The notes under the pieces are model-generated. The model saw nothing but the letters and a program-made list of their open reading frames with translations, searched no databases and had not been told where the DNA came from. From the human T2T-CHM13v2.0 reference genome, Homo sapiens, in assembly GCF_009914755.1 (NCBI RefSeq), contig NC_060930.1: a DNA stretch of 64,000 nucleotides, one strand, 5' to 3'. The position numbers and the translations under genes are program-made. Shown in pieces: positions 28,562 through 42,127 of the stretch (the stretch's first letter is position 1; every line of letters starts with the position of its first letter).

Positions 28562-28749
28562 ACCTTGCTTGTTTTCTAAATGAGCAGAGAGCACTTACGT
28601 CACGTCTCCACAGTGAGCTCCTCCTGGTGAGTCTCTGTGCTCCTGTGAGGCACCTCCGTCAGCAGGGCTGTGCTGAGGCTGGGAAGCAAATGCCCTCCCC
28701 GCATGGTGGTTTTCTTCATGGTACTCGTCCACATATGAAAGAGCTCGTT

Positions 28750-28870
28750 ATTTTATCCTCACAGCTACCTCAAAGGTGACAAGGTATTATTACTCTCATT
28801 TTACAGATTAGCAAATTGAGTGTCAGAGATTGCACGGGTGGAAAAATGCAGAACCAGCATTAACTCTCCC
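28750..28870. mobile_element. MIR fragment
   Basis: TTTATCCTCACAGCTACC...TATTATTACTCTCATTTTACAGATTAGCAAATTGAG resembles the MIR core. Confidence 0.6.
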
Positions 28871-29362
28871 CTGTTGGTGCAGAGCCCAGCGGCACCACCC
28901 AGTTGTGCTAGGAACATGATGCCGGCTCAGTGTCCCGCAGAGGCTGTGGTGGCCAGAGCCCAATGTTAATGCCCCCAAACTGAGCATCTGTGACTCAGTC
29001 TAGTGCATCAGGGAGGATCAAAAAAACGCACCACAAAATTGGTGAGATCCTGTGCAGAGTTGGCTCGTTGGCCTCATCTGTGTCATGTTGAGGACAGCAC
29101 ACTCCCCAGAATCCTCTGCCGGAGGGAGGAGCCCAGCACCTCCTTGTTTTCTGTTTGAACCCCGGTCTCCTCAGGTCCTCAAGTGATGCCAGCACATTGA
29201 TTTGAGAGGCACTGGCCACCACGATGACACACGAGGCCTGCTTTCAGTGGCATCCTTTCCGATTTCTTCCTACTGCTGGCCTTGACACATCCACGTCTGT
29301 GGATTTGCCCTGGGATGCCAGCTCACATGGCTTCTCATCCAGCTCCTCTGGGTTCCTTAGAT

Positions 29363-29794
29363 GGGCGGTCCCCAACCTTTTCGGCATGAGGAACGTTTGA
29401 CATTTTTTCCATGAACTGGTGGGTGGGGGATGGTTTCCAGATGATTCAAGCATGTTACATTTATTGTGCACTTTATTTCTATCATTACATTGTAATATAT
29501 AATGAGATAATGTGCAACTCGCCATAGTGTAAAATCAGTGGGAGCCCTGAGCTTGTTTTCTGGCAACTAGATGGTCCCATCTTGGGGAGAAGGGAGACAG
29601 TGAGAGATCATCAGGCATTAGATTCTCATAAGGAACCCGCAACCTAGACCCCTCAGATGCGCAGTTCACAATAGGGTTCACACTGCTGTGAGAATCTAAT
29701 GGTGCTGCTGATCTGACAGGAGGTGGAGCTCAGGGTAATATGAGCAATGAGGAGCAGCTGTAAATACAGATGAATACAGGGTTGGGGACCTCTG
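29363..29794 (+). mobile_element. MER1A-like hAT-Charlie DNA transposon (internally deleted)
   Basis: Terminal inverted repeats GGTCCCCAACC / GGTTGGGGACC; 8-bp TSD CCTTAGAT (29355-29362) / CCTTAGGT (29795-29802); internal AGGCATTAGATTCTCATAAGGA and GCAGTTCACAATAGGGTT. Confidence 0.88.
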
Positions 29795-30185
29795 CCTTAG
29801 GTCATCTTTTAGGAAGCAGCAGATATCCCCCCAAATCAGCTTTGACTGATCTTCCCTCTGAGCCACTCAGGCACCTGTGTTCTTCCTTATACAGCGTGGT
29901 CATTTGTGGATGTACATTTCTGCCCTCTGGATTTTCAGCTTCACTAGGGCAGGCTCTTCTTCAAAATCCCATCCTCTTGGAGGCTGGTAGAATGCCTTTT
30001 ACGGAGAGGGGTCACTTAATAACTATTTAATACATTCAGTTTAAGCTGGGTCTGACTTTTGAGCTAACTGGAAACATGAGGCTTTATTCTTAAAGACTGG
30101 GGGGGAGCAAGAAGTCGAAGACAATAAAATACTGAAGTTAAGGGTTTCTAAAATACATATAAAGTGGTGGTGCAGCTAACTTCCA

Positions 30186-30732
30186 TCAGATGCGAGATGA
30201 ATGAGTGAATGAAATGTCCGTCTCTCAGATACCGGATGAATGACTGAATGAAATGTCCATCTCTCAGATGCCAGGTGAATGAGTGAATGAAATGTCTGCC
30301 TCTCAGATGCCAGATGAATGACTGAATGAAATGTCCATCTCTCAGATGCCAGATGAATGAGTGAATGAAATGTCTGTCTCTCAGATGCTGGATGAATGAC
30401 TGAATGAAATGTCCGTCTCTCAGATGCTGGATGAATGACTGAATGAAATGTCCATCTCTCAGATGCCAGATGAATGACTGAATGAAATGTCTGTATCTCA
30501 GATGCCGGATGAATGACTGAATGAAATGTCCATCTCTCAGATGCTGGATGAATGACTGAATGAAATGTCCATCTCTCAGATGCCGGATGAATGAGTGAAT
30601 GGAATGTCCGTCTCTCAGATGCCGGATGAATGACTGAATGAAATGTCCGTCTCTCAGATGCTGGATGAATGAGTGAATGGAATGTCCGTCTCTCAGATGC
30701 CGGATGAATGACTGAATGAAATGTCCGTCTCT
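30186..30732. repeat. Minisatellite, 39-bp unit, 14 copies
   Basis: Unit TCTCAGATGCCGGATGAATGACTGAATGAAATGTCCGTC; 13-aa periodicity of ORF 30148..30774. Confidence 0.96.
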
Positions 30733-31126
30733 GGGAGAAAATGTCCTGTGGAAAGTTATGTTTTCCTTTAGCATTTAAGTTTTGTATTGCGGGCTCTGAA
30801 ACAGGATTTCCATATTTGCTTGGAAGATTTAGGTTCTGTGTTCTAAAAGAGTAGGACCCTGTTTTCTGAAATCTGAGGAAGTCCAGGCTTTAAAATGGAG
30901 AAATGATTCTTTAAACAGGCTTGAGTCTGTAGCCCCTCTCCCACCTGTCCCCAGTGACTTTCAGAATTGTGCAGGCTCTTCACGCACTGGGCCTCATTGC
31001 CAGTGCTGCCCTGTCTTCTGTTCAATCTCATTTCTTCCTGTGTGCACCTCCCACTAAGAAAGCGAACACGTGGATGCCATCTATTTTCTCTTGGCCTATT
31101 ATTTGGAAAGTGTGTGCTTTTGAGAA

Positions 31127-31546
<420 letters not shown>

Positions 31547-34500
31547 TAATCAATATTATAAGGAGAAATTTTAAACATGTTAAGATTTGAAGAGTGCTTT
31601 TACCTGTTTTGTAAACGGTTTTTGTTTTAATCTTTTTCTTCTGGCCCAAACCCAGTAATTTATTAAGAAGAAACATAGACCATGACTTTGATCCATTGAG
31701 TCTGTCTGACTGGTTTTCTAATGTGTGAGCTACTTGGTGTCCACAAAGACACTTCCTGTGCCCTCCCCCCCACCACTTCCTTACACCTGGGCTCCTCGCA
31801 CCTGTGCAAATAGCACTGCTTCGTGGAAATCAAAAGAAATGAGAACCCCCTGCAATTGTGGGGTTTTTTAATAAAGTCACTCGATGTCCAGTTCATTGCA
31901 TTCTACATTTAGCAAAGTACTTTTTATCTTGAATTAGTTTTAAGACTCTCAACCGAGTTCTTTTAACACATAGTGAATTCTTTGCAATAGGAATATTTAT
32001 TTTTCTTGAATGGGCTGTTTATTAATGAGCACAACTTAGTTAAAAGCTTATTTTCTTACATGCACTGTCTTCCTGTGAAATTTAATTGCTATTAAACAGG
32101 AGGAAGGGGAGAAACATGTCCATAACCTGTATGTTCTCTTATCCCTGAGAAATAACACTTCCATTGTTAGTTCCGCACCAGTACATTATCAAGAATTATG
32201 GTCAAATTCCAAATGCCTGGATGCTGGGTGCTTTTATTTGAGAAAAAATGTCGAGACTGTCTCTTTCCCTTTAGAGAAAATGATAATTACAGCGTCTTAC
32301 CTAAGTTCTCAGCATCTCCTCACTTAGGGTTTCAGGAAATACATAGAGACCACCTCTTAAACATAAAAATTAACAGGATTTAGGTTATTCCATCTTTTCA
32401 TCTACAGTAGGAGAAAGCTATTAATAGGGCCGGCCCCTGTTTGAAACGAAGGCACCTGGGGCTCCTACTGAACACACTGCAGGTTCATGTTTTCTTTCTG
32501 TTTTCTTCCCTCTTTCTCAGTGCAAAGCTGTGCTGCCCCAGCCAGCTGTGTGCTGCGAGAACGAGGCTGCTGAGATCCTCAAGTACCTGTGAGGCGCCTG
32601 TGACTCGGAAGCATTTTATAAGATCCAAGCAGCGTCTCAGCGGGTGGAGGACCTTCCCATGGCACAGCACCCGAAGGTCATGTCTCCCAGGAGCTGCCTG
32701 CCCCCGGGGCGCCCCCCACTGCTGGAAGAGCTCAGTCAATGCGTGTTGGTGACATGAAAAATGTGGTTGAGACTCATCTGTGGCAGAATTCAACAGAATG
32801 TATTTATGTGCCATCTCTGCCCTCTTTAAGTGAAAGCATACGTATTTGCAAAACCCTGAAAGGCAATGATCTGTTTTCACTTGCGTCTTAGCTAAAACAA
32901 ACCTGAATCATTTCAGCAGGTGAGCTTATTCTCAGGAAAATTAGAGCACGCTGTTTGAAATGGAACAATTGTGAAAAATAGCTCACTCTGAGATGGCAAA
33001 GGCCCCATCACCTCTGGGTGCCGCTCACCTGTCTCTTGGCTCCAGCCTTCATCCCCACATCTGGGCAAGGCCACTGCCAAGTAGCTTTGTGAGCTCCAAA
33101 ACACACAGGCTTACCTGTTCTTAGCCACACCTGCCACTGTCACGGTCCTCAGGTCAGGAGCTCTGAGGACCCCGCCTGGATTTCTGGTGAGGTCTGGGGC
33201 TCCCCACGGGCCGTCCGGCCCCTACAGCATCTTGTGTGCCCTACCTGGCTTTGAGTCCAGCTTTGGCTTTTGGCTAATCTCTGTTTTTAATTCTTTTATT
33301 GGCGTGAAGATTTTAAAAAATGTATGAGTAACATTGGGCAAATTATTTAAAGTTGATAAATTTCCATTAAAAAAATCACAGATTATGATTCCTTCCACTG
33401 CCCATCAAGGTCACCGTAGTTCCTGCAAAACTTGGGTCAAGATTTATCTTCAAGATAGCAGAGCAGCCCTTTTTAAAAGAACTGAGACTTAACCCACAGT
33501 GGTGCTGACAGCCCTATGTGACAATAATATAAAAGTGAGTGCAATTTCCACAGCCAGCCTTGCCGAGTTAGCTCCACTGACACAACCCACCTGGTGATCC
33601 GCAGCCACAGAGGGGTACAATGCTGATTAGCTGGGCAAAGCTAGCCTTTAAACAGAGCCAGCTGAGATGCAGACTTCAAGGTGGAAAGTTTCATTAGCTT
33701 CTCAAGGAATGCAGCATCCTGAGTTGGTGAATTTCTTTTTCCTCTCTTACTGGTAAAGGAGCATGTTGATGAGGGCCCCCCAGCTTCTGCTGAACCTCAA
33801 CCCTATTTTCCCCCTGCTCAAACTGGAAGAGGGATTGGACCAGTGCTCTCTTTATCTCCACAAATGTCCCTGGGTGAACAATGCCACATAGCCCCGCTCA
33901 CGTGCACACCACGTCCAGAGGGCCACGTACTACCATAGCCTATGCTCTGCCAGCCACAGCTCTGCGCGTTTCTTTCTTTCTTTTTGTTAATGCATTGTCT
34001 ATGCTCTGAATCAAGGAGAATACCCCTTGGGGCAGGTGATAGTCTGGGGACCAAAGGCCTCTGACAATCCTGTTTGTCCTGGAGCACAGACGCTTCCTCA
34101 GGGTCACCTTGAGCTTCACCTTGGTGTCTGGTGTTTCGTCTGGCCTGATGGAGGCCTGGACGGGACTAGTTGGCCGGTCAGGAAGTGGCAGGACACTGGT
34201 GACTTGTCCAAGGAAAACACACGGGGCCAGCACGCCCAGATCGGAGGCTTCCCTGGGGTCCGGTGAGCTCCGAAGTCTGTGTCAAGCTGTAAAAGAGCAG
34301 GAGGGAGATGAAGGGCCTGGGGCCACCGTGGGAACTGCGGAGCACACATGGCCATTAGGTGATTTCTATGGCCTGCGGAGAGGATTCCTGTGCCTTAGGC
34401 ATTTTCAGAGAAATACACAAGCTTCCTCTGGGCCATGAGGTCACTCATTCATTCAACAAACATTTATTCAAAGAACAATAGTCCAATTGAGTGCAGTCTA

Positions 34501-35004
34501 GTCCAATTGAATGTAGATTTCACCTACCTTCAGAGAATGTAGATGAAATTGTGTGGCACCATTTAAATCAGGAAGGATTCCCTCCCATTTCCAGATAGTG
34601 GACATTCCTGATACTCGTCACTTCCAAAAGAATGGTACAATGTGATGAATGTGGAGGCAAATTAGTCAATGAATTCACAAAAGGAAAACATTGCTACTCA
34701 GACTTTAAGCGTTGAACTAGGCACACGTGCACCCCCTTCAAAGATCAATGATTCACATGTTGTTCTGTGTCAGACGGCCGATATTGATGTAGAGAACTTC
34801 CAAATTATCTAGGCTTTTGAAACAGATGATGGCTAAAATGTTCAGAGGTGCAGGTGGCGCTTCTGGCAGGGGTGAGAACCGGGTGGTGTTATCCCTCAAG
34901 CTTTCATTCCCTGACCGTGAAGTGGCCTGAGGCAGCCTTCTGTTTTCTGCTGCTCTGAAGAATGTGTCTTTAAATTTGTCTGGCTTCTTTTTTTCTCCTT
35001 TAAG

Positions 35005-35176
35005 TTTTTGAGAGTGGATCAAGATAAAGACAAGGATTGTAGCTTGGACTGTGCGGGTTCGCCCCAGAAACCTCTCTGCGCATCTGACGGAAGGACCTTC
35101 CTTTCCCGTTGTGAATTTCAACGTGCCAAGTGCAAAGATCCCCAGCTAGAGATTGCATATCGAGGAAACTGCAAAG
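35005..35176 (+). CDS. SMOC2: SMOC2 internal coding exon (probably exon 2), follistatin/Kazal-like domain
   Basis: Polypyrimidine tract + AG at 35003-35004 and donor G|GTAAGC at 35177; 172 nt. Translates FLRVDQDKDKDCSLDCAGSPQKPLCASDGRTFLSRCEFQRAKCKDPQLEIAYRGNCK(D), recognised as SMOC2 with the Kazal-type CASDGRTF..C motif. Phase 0 start, phase 1 end. Confidence 0.97.
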
Positions 35177-36019
35177 GTAAGCTGCTGTTTGATCATTCAT
35201 CCAAAGATGGGTACATCCATCATCAAAATGAATGCAAACATATTTTCATACTTGATAACTTTTTACATTTACAAACTCGGGTTTATGTTGGCTCTTTTTT
35301 TACAGCATGTAAGGAAGAAGAGTAATTTCTATGAATTTTAAGAGCAGTCTTTTTTTACTTGTCTAATATTCTTTTCTTAGAATGCCTTATTCCACCATGA
35401 AAGAAATTTATCCAAATATTTCAGTTTTTTTCCCCAAAGTCTTCTAAAATTATTCTCAATAAGATTTCTTTCTTTCTTTCTCATTTTTCTTTTTAGCAAG
35501 TGGGATGTGTACAATAGCACGTGTGCAGTTTTCAGTGATTTTTTGGTGTTGATTTTATACTCTCAATTTTCCCAATTTAAGAATTAGATTCAGAGTTAAG
35601 AGTCTAATGCTTAGAGCCAAAGATTGAAATGCTTCCTACATCAGTGAAGGGTTTGATTCAGCAAAAGATGCTGATGTTTCAGAGTTATTTTCAGAAAGAG
35701 ATTTACCTTGCTTGTCATAGTATCTAGGAAAAAAGACCACAAAGACTAAAGATGCCTTTGAGATGAAGTTCTGCATCATCTGGCAGGTAGCTTCAGCAAT
35801 CCTCTTAAATGAAACAAAACAGCAGCCACACTGCAAACCAGCACTGAGTGCAGTGTCTACGTCCCTGCTTACCCAGGTGTGGAATAAGCTTGCTCTTCCT
35901 TTCATAATGCAATATAATACCAGGTAAACAGATTTCAGTTACTTTTGCAGACGACGAAGGCAGAATTTTGCCTTGTTCTTTAGGCCTGAGAGTTCTTCCT
36001 ACTGACATTATGAAGACAT

Positions 36020-36706
36020 TCCTATATACGGTCACAAGGATGTTTTGCTCCATGACAGACCGCATGTCCAGCAGTGGTCCCATAACGTTGTAATGGAGCA
36101 GATGTACAAACCTGTTGGATGGCGCTTGATATTGGCATTGAGATCAAGTAGGGGAAATGACTGATGGTCAGTAATGATGCTGGGACATTCTGTTTTCCAT
36201 ATGAAAAGATAAGTATATAAATGAAGATGTATATATCATCTAAGTGTGTGTAAGTACACTCTATGATGTTCACACAATGGTGAACTTGCCTAAAGGTGTG
36301 TATTAGTTTGTTCTCACACTGCTAATAAAGACATACCCAAGACCGGTACATTTATAAGGAAAGGTGTTTAATTGACTCATAGTTCTGCACAGCTGGGGAG
36401 GCCTCAGGAAGCTTACAATCATGGCAGAAGGGGAAGCAAACGCATCCTTCTTCACATGATGGCAGGAAGGACAAGTGCCAAGCAAGGGAAAAAAGCCCAC
36501 TATAAAACCATCAGATCTCATGAGAAATCACTATGACGAGAATAACATAAGAGAAGCCACCCCCATGATTAAATTACCTCCCACCAGGTCCCTCCCATGA
36601 CACGTGGGGAACTACAATTCAAGGTGAGATTTGGGTGGGGACACAGCCAAACCATATCAGGGTGATTTCTCAGAGTGCATCCCTGTCATTAAGAAACATG
36701 TGACTT
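36020..36706. mobile_element. Tigger3/Golem-family DNA transposon split by an LTR
   Basis: GGTCCCATAA..TGTAATGGAGC and GTGTAAGTACACTCTATGATGTTCACACAATG..TTGCCTAA before the LTR; ATTTCTCAGA..ATCCCTGTCATTAAG..ACATGTGACT after it. Confidence 0.75.
36299..36659 (-). mobile_element. THE1 (THE1C/D-like) MaLR solo LTR
   Basis: TG...CA termini; the minus strand begins TGATATGGTTTGGCTGTGTCCCCACCCAAATCTC; 361 bp; 5-bp TSD AGGTG/GGGTG. Confidence 0.9.
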
Positions 36707-38534
36707 TTCCCAGATTTAGTGCTCTGAAAACAAGGAACAGCATAAACTCCCTCTGGAGCCTTGGTCTTTGCCCGGTGGCAAACTCAACCCCTATGCATTT
36801 ATCTGCCAGCAGTGTGCACAGACTCCGGATTTAAAGGCCAGACTCCTGTCCACATGCACCTGTGGCTTTGCCCATGACAAATGGCTATTCATTATCAAGG
36901 GTTTTTTTTTTTTTTTTTTTTTCTGAAATTACAGTTTGTTCAAAGTCAGAGTATTTCAGGATGCAGCATTTAAAGGCTACACAAATGCCAGGTATGGGGC
37001 ACAGTAAGTAGGCAGGTAGATTCTCTAGTAAGTGTCCCTGGGAAGATGATTGTATTATACATCTGAGGGCACAAGAGAGAATGGTGCTGTGGAGCTTAAA
37101 GTCCCGTTCTGGTTTGTCGGTCAGATGCTGTTTCTAAAGTGTTTATCATGTGATGATGTTATCCTCCCCTCATGCTGGGGGAGTCATGAAGACCCCAGGA
37201 CAGAAGCCCACTCAGAGGGTCCTCTGAGGACCGACAGGAGGGCCCGAGAGGGAAGTAGGTGGAGCCGGGCTGGCAGGGCTGAGTGCTGGATCCCGGAATT
37301 TGCACTCTCCTGTGGGAAATGGAAAGACACAGGAAGTCGTGGGCAGAACAGGGATGGATGCAAATTGCTGTTCTGCACGGCGCATGCTTCCCTGAGCTCA
37401 CCAGGCTGCCCCATCCCAGCACCCGCCTTGTGCCTTTGTCCAGGGGTGCCAGACCCCAGCGTCACCAGCACGATTGCAGTGAGTCTTGCTGTGCTGAAGC
37501 CCTGGCGTGCTTTAGAAAGGACCACAAATGGAGGGGTGAGCTACTTTCAAAGGGAAAATGGAACTTTAATTCACTGATTAACCTCAATATGCTACTGAGA
37601 TTGCAAGGAACAAAATGCAGTAAAAAATTATTTGATTCATACTTTAAATAAATGAAGTGCAGTGGCAGTATCATAGCTGAATCCCAAACACAAAGTTTAA
37701 AGATGCTGACATGAACTTAGTGGGACAGGTTTGGCAAGCACAGCTTGTGGCCTGGAATGGTCGCTGCCAGCTTGTGGAACCCACCCCAGACCTCAGGATC
37801 CATTTCAGAGAGCTGGGCTCTGGACACTCATCTGTTTGAAACAGCTCTGGGGGACTCTGGAAAACCACTTTCTATGGCCTGAGGGAGTGCCAGCCCCTTC
37901 TAGAAACAGCTAACATCTGGTGATGATGCCACACATTGACCCTCCAGTGTACCCGCACGCTGAGGAGCTGACTCCATCTAACTTTAGCCCAAATAGAAAA
38001 CAACAACACTTGGAAAATGTGTGGAAGTGAAAGATCTATATATATACAAATTTCACTGTAGTAGAAAAATAGTTTAAAGTTATTTAAAACACAGATGTGA
38101 AATATCTTTCTATAAAAGTAAAGACAACATGATTAAAATTGAAAGCATTTGACATTCTTTCACTGAATTATATACTTGTATGCACTATTTACATTAAAAC
38201 ACACATTGAAACTTTGACTATAGTAGCAGCAATAGCTGCTCCAGCTTTCTTTGTGGTGGTAGGGAAAATAGAATATACCATTTAAAATAAATGATGTTTT
38301 GTAAATGACTGATTTATTTTTTTCCCTAAGCATCCATTCTTATCTCAAAGAAAAGGAAAATAATTTGTTGAATCTAACGTACCTGAAGTTCTATAGTTCT
38401 ATATCAGTATTTTGTCCTTATAGGTTTTTTTTTTCTTAGTAGACATTTAGGTTTCAGTAAACTGTACGTTATTTTAGTTTTAATTCCCGTGGTGAAAACT
38501 TGGATGAAATATCTTAGAGTCATTCAATGGGAGA

Positions 38535-38592
38535 CACACACACACAAATACACACACACACACACACATAGACACTCACATAAACACACACA
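38535..38592. repeat. (CA)n interrupted microsatellite
   Basis: Read directly. Confidence 0.85.
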
Positions 38593-40660
38593 AACTTAGT
38601 TTATTCAAGTGGACAACTGATATTTACTAAGCAGCTTGGTTCTATGTGATTCTAAAACTATGATCAATTTGCTTCAACCTGATTCTTTCAATAAGTCCTG
38701 ACATTTACTTGATATTAATACATTCAGTAAATTGGCGTTTTCTTCTTACTGAATGATTCCTTGAAGAGCGCTGAGGCTGCGAGTGAGTCCATGCTGTTCT
38801 CCATCAGATAACCTCTCAGGGAGCTCGTCTCTTCATTTGATTCAGTTCAGCCCTGGGTGCCCCAGAACTCAGGGACTGTGTAAGAATCTTTGTCCCTGGC
38901 AGCATCCTTCAGGTGGGAACTGACTGGCCTGCTTCTAGCACTGGAAACGGTTTCACGTGAGATTTTCAATAGGATCCCAGATGCTCCCAACGCCCGGCCT
39001 GTCTTCAGACTCTCCTATGAGGTGGACGGCTGGGGCCCTCCGGGGTGGCAGGACACCTCCCTCCACACAAGGGCCAGCCATGGGGCACACAGCGGGGTGC
39101 ACAGGGGGCCCTCATGGGACTTCTCCAGAGCCCAGTGGTGCCTACTTTGTGGGGTCATAAGCACAGGACCCCAAAGTGCTGACCCCACCCAGCTTCCCTA
39201 GCCTGCCCCAATGCTGCAAATTTGTTTACTCTGCATCTGAGAAAAATCAAGTCAGTCTGTTTCTTTGGAGACCAGCTACTCCTTTAAGAAGCATCTTTCA
39301 GACTCAAGGACACACAGCGCCCACCAAGAACAGTGTGTCTCGTTCCACACACTGAATGAGTGTCTCCTTCCACTGCCGATACTCTACTGCTAGAAGTCTT
39401 GCTTCATTGGCTAGGAAGGACAGTGTTGCATTGGACAACTGTCCGGGGATAACGTGATTTCCAGCATGCTTCACCCGGGAAACCGCAGGGCCATGGGTTA
39501 TGGAAAGTTGGCGTGGAGCCAGGTACATGGCTTGAAGGAAGCATGTTCTTCTTTCCTTTGTGTCTGACCGACGTGTGTGAGACTCACACTGGAGAAAGAC
39601 TCAGATGTGATTTGATGCCTTGGCTGTAGTTATAAATGTCAGCTCTCTGTGCTGAGAAAGGAGAAACAATTTAAGAATAAATTTAAATATCAGATGATGT
39701 ACTCTTCAGAGAAGTTTTTACAAGTGATCTCCTATGAAGTCTTAGCTTGTGGAAAAAAGCGCTGTAGAAGTGGGGAGGTCACAGCACCTCATTAAACTTG
39801 GAATTTCATCTTCCCTTTTCTTGCCGTGTTCCCTTAGATAACTCCAGTCGGATGTGCCATTGAAAGGCCGCGAAGAAGCTTCCGCTTTAGCCGTAGCCTT
39901 TGAGGACGAGCATGTGAGGGATTTCTTAGACAAAGGAGGGAGGATGGTTGGTCCATCTCTCTGGGTGGAAGCTCGACACCTGTGACCCTCTCTGGCTCGT
40001 GGGCTTTTCAGGTGTCTCCCCAGCATGTGACTTCGGATCTTTGCCGTACCCAGCTGCAGGGTCACAGTGACATTCTCTTTGGACAGGGAGAACAAATGTC
40101 AATTAAACACAGATGTCCTTTTTGGTAATATCCTTGTTAGTTTATTTGTACCTGCATCTAAGCTAATTTTTCTGGATGATTATTTCAATAGGAATTCTCA
40201 TTTATGTTACTGAAGAAGTTTTATACCATAAATTATGACACACAAACAAATATAAGGGAGAAGTAGGCAAAAATAAAATGGACCTAACCAAAGTAGGTCT
40301 CACTTAAATCTAAAGGATTCTGTTGGAAAGAACGCACAGACACCTGTAGTCTTCAGAATCTCGTGTGTGGTGCTGCAGCTGCCAAGGCGGCAAACGTTAC
40401 AATCAGTCTGCGGAGAGACTGTTCCCCGCGCATCACAGATCTTGAAATAACTGGGTGTCACGCCCCTCTGATAGTCTAGATTTGGATGTGGGGCTGGGCT
40501 TGGATAGGCTCCGTCCGCTTTCCGCCCACGAGTTGCCTCCAGTTAAGTCTGTTCCCTGCTGGGGGCTGCCTTTGAAAGGGGGCTCCTGCCTCCCGTCTGC
40601 AGTTGGAGTTTTCCTAAAGAAGCAGCCTCGCACCTGCATCCTGGCTCGTGGCGGAAGACG

Positions 40661-40751
40661 GGCCTCGCCCTGAGGGGCCGGCTCCTTCCAAGGCCTCGCC
40701 CTGAGTGGCCGACTCCTTCCTAGGCCTCGCCCTGAGGGGCCGGCTCCTTCC
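40661..40751. repeat. 31-bp tandem repeat, 3 copies
   Basis: GGCCTCGCCCTGAG.GGCCG.CTCCTTCC at 40661, 40692, 40723. Confidence 0.9.
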
Positions 40752-41815
40752 TCTAGGCTGTCACACTGTTAGTCACTTACACACTCATCCCAGCATCCAG
40801 CCTGTCCCACTGCTGCAAACGCAGCATAGGGGCTCCCGGGGAGCAGGAGCAAAACACTGAGCCCAAGACGGGTGAGAACAGACACGGGGCTTGGTGTCTA
40901 CTCAGCAAATTGTGCTTCTGTTTCCCTCTAAGAGTATAAATATTGCACATTCCACAACAAAACCCAGGTTGAGAATTTTCTTCCCTGAAGGTAAAAGAGG
41001 GAGCACAGGATTGTCCCTTTAGATCATTCGTGTAATACAAATAAACCTCCAGGTTTTCTCTACGTGATTCCTGGAGTGGGCGCTGGCTAGTGTAGCACAG
41101 TGTCGCCTCGGCACATATGAGGCTGCGGCTGTCTTTAGCATTTTGGGGGCATTTTTACATTTTTGGTGGGTGATAGTTCTATAGGCCTGTCTCTTTTGGA
41201 TGTACTATTTGGAAACAATTCAAATAGTTTACTCCATGTTTGATTAAATTCGATTTAAATGTTTTGCACACTTCACACAGTGATCTAGCCATTGACCTTG
41301 AATAGAACTGCGGTAGTTTACACTGATGCATTTTTCTCATATTTTCATAGAAATTTGTGGAGTTTGTGTTTTCAGAACTCTGCACACACATTAATATTTT
41401 TCTTTTGATCTGAGACTTTTAGGGCTGTCTTTCGTTTCAACAAAATCTCTGGCATTCCATAGAAAAGCCAAAAAAAAAAAAAAGCCAAATGCCAGGAGAA
41501 CTTGGAACTATTTTGAGATTTCTGGAAACAGATATTGGACAAAAGCAGCTTCCTTGGAGATCTGAGGACCAAGAGCTTCTGAACGGGCGAGTCTGAGTGA
41601 AGGGAACATGGTGACAAAGGCTCTAACTTCACCTGTCGCTCTGTGCATCCATCTCCGAGGCTGCACAATGACCTCAACAGCCCTCAGCAAAGCGGCTGGG
41701 ACTCAGCCAGCATCTGGCACACATGAGGCCCACGGTGCAGGAAGTCCACAGGTATCACAATCAGATTCGAATCTCCACAAGATGAACGCACATGCTGTTA
41801 TTATTAAGATTACTA

Positions 41816-42127
<312 letters not shown>

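Noticed and set aside
30148-30774. 208-aa His-rich repetitive ORF on the minus strand
   Set aside because: Artefact of the 39-bp repeat; it lacks zinc-finger Cys spacing.
35008-35325. 105-aa ORF treated as a standalone gene
   Set aside because: Only 35005-35176 is exon; the rest is read-through past the GTAAGC donor. Likewise for ORF 51313..51594.
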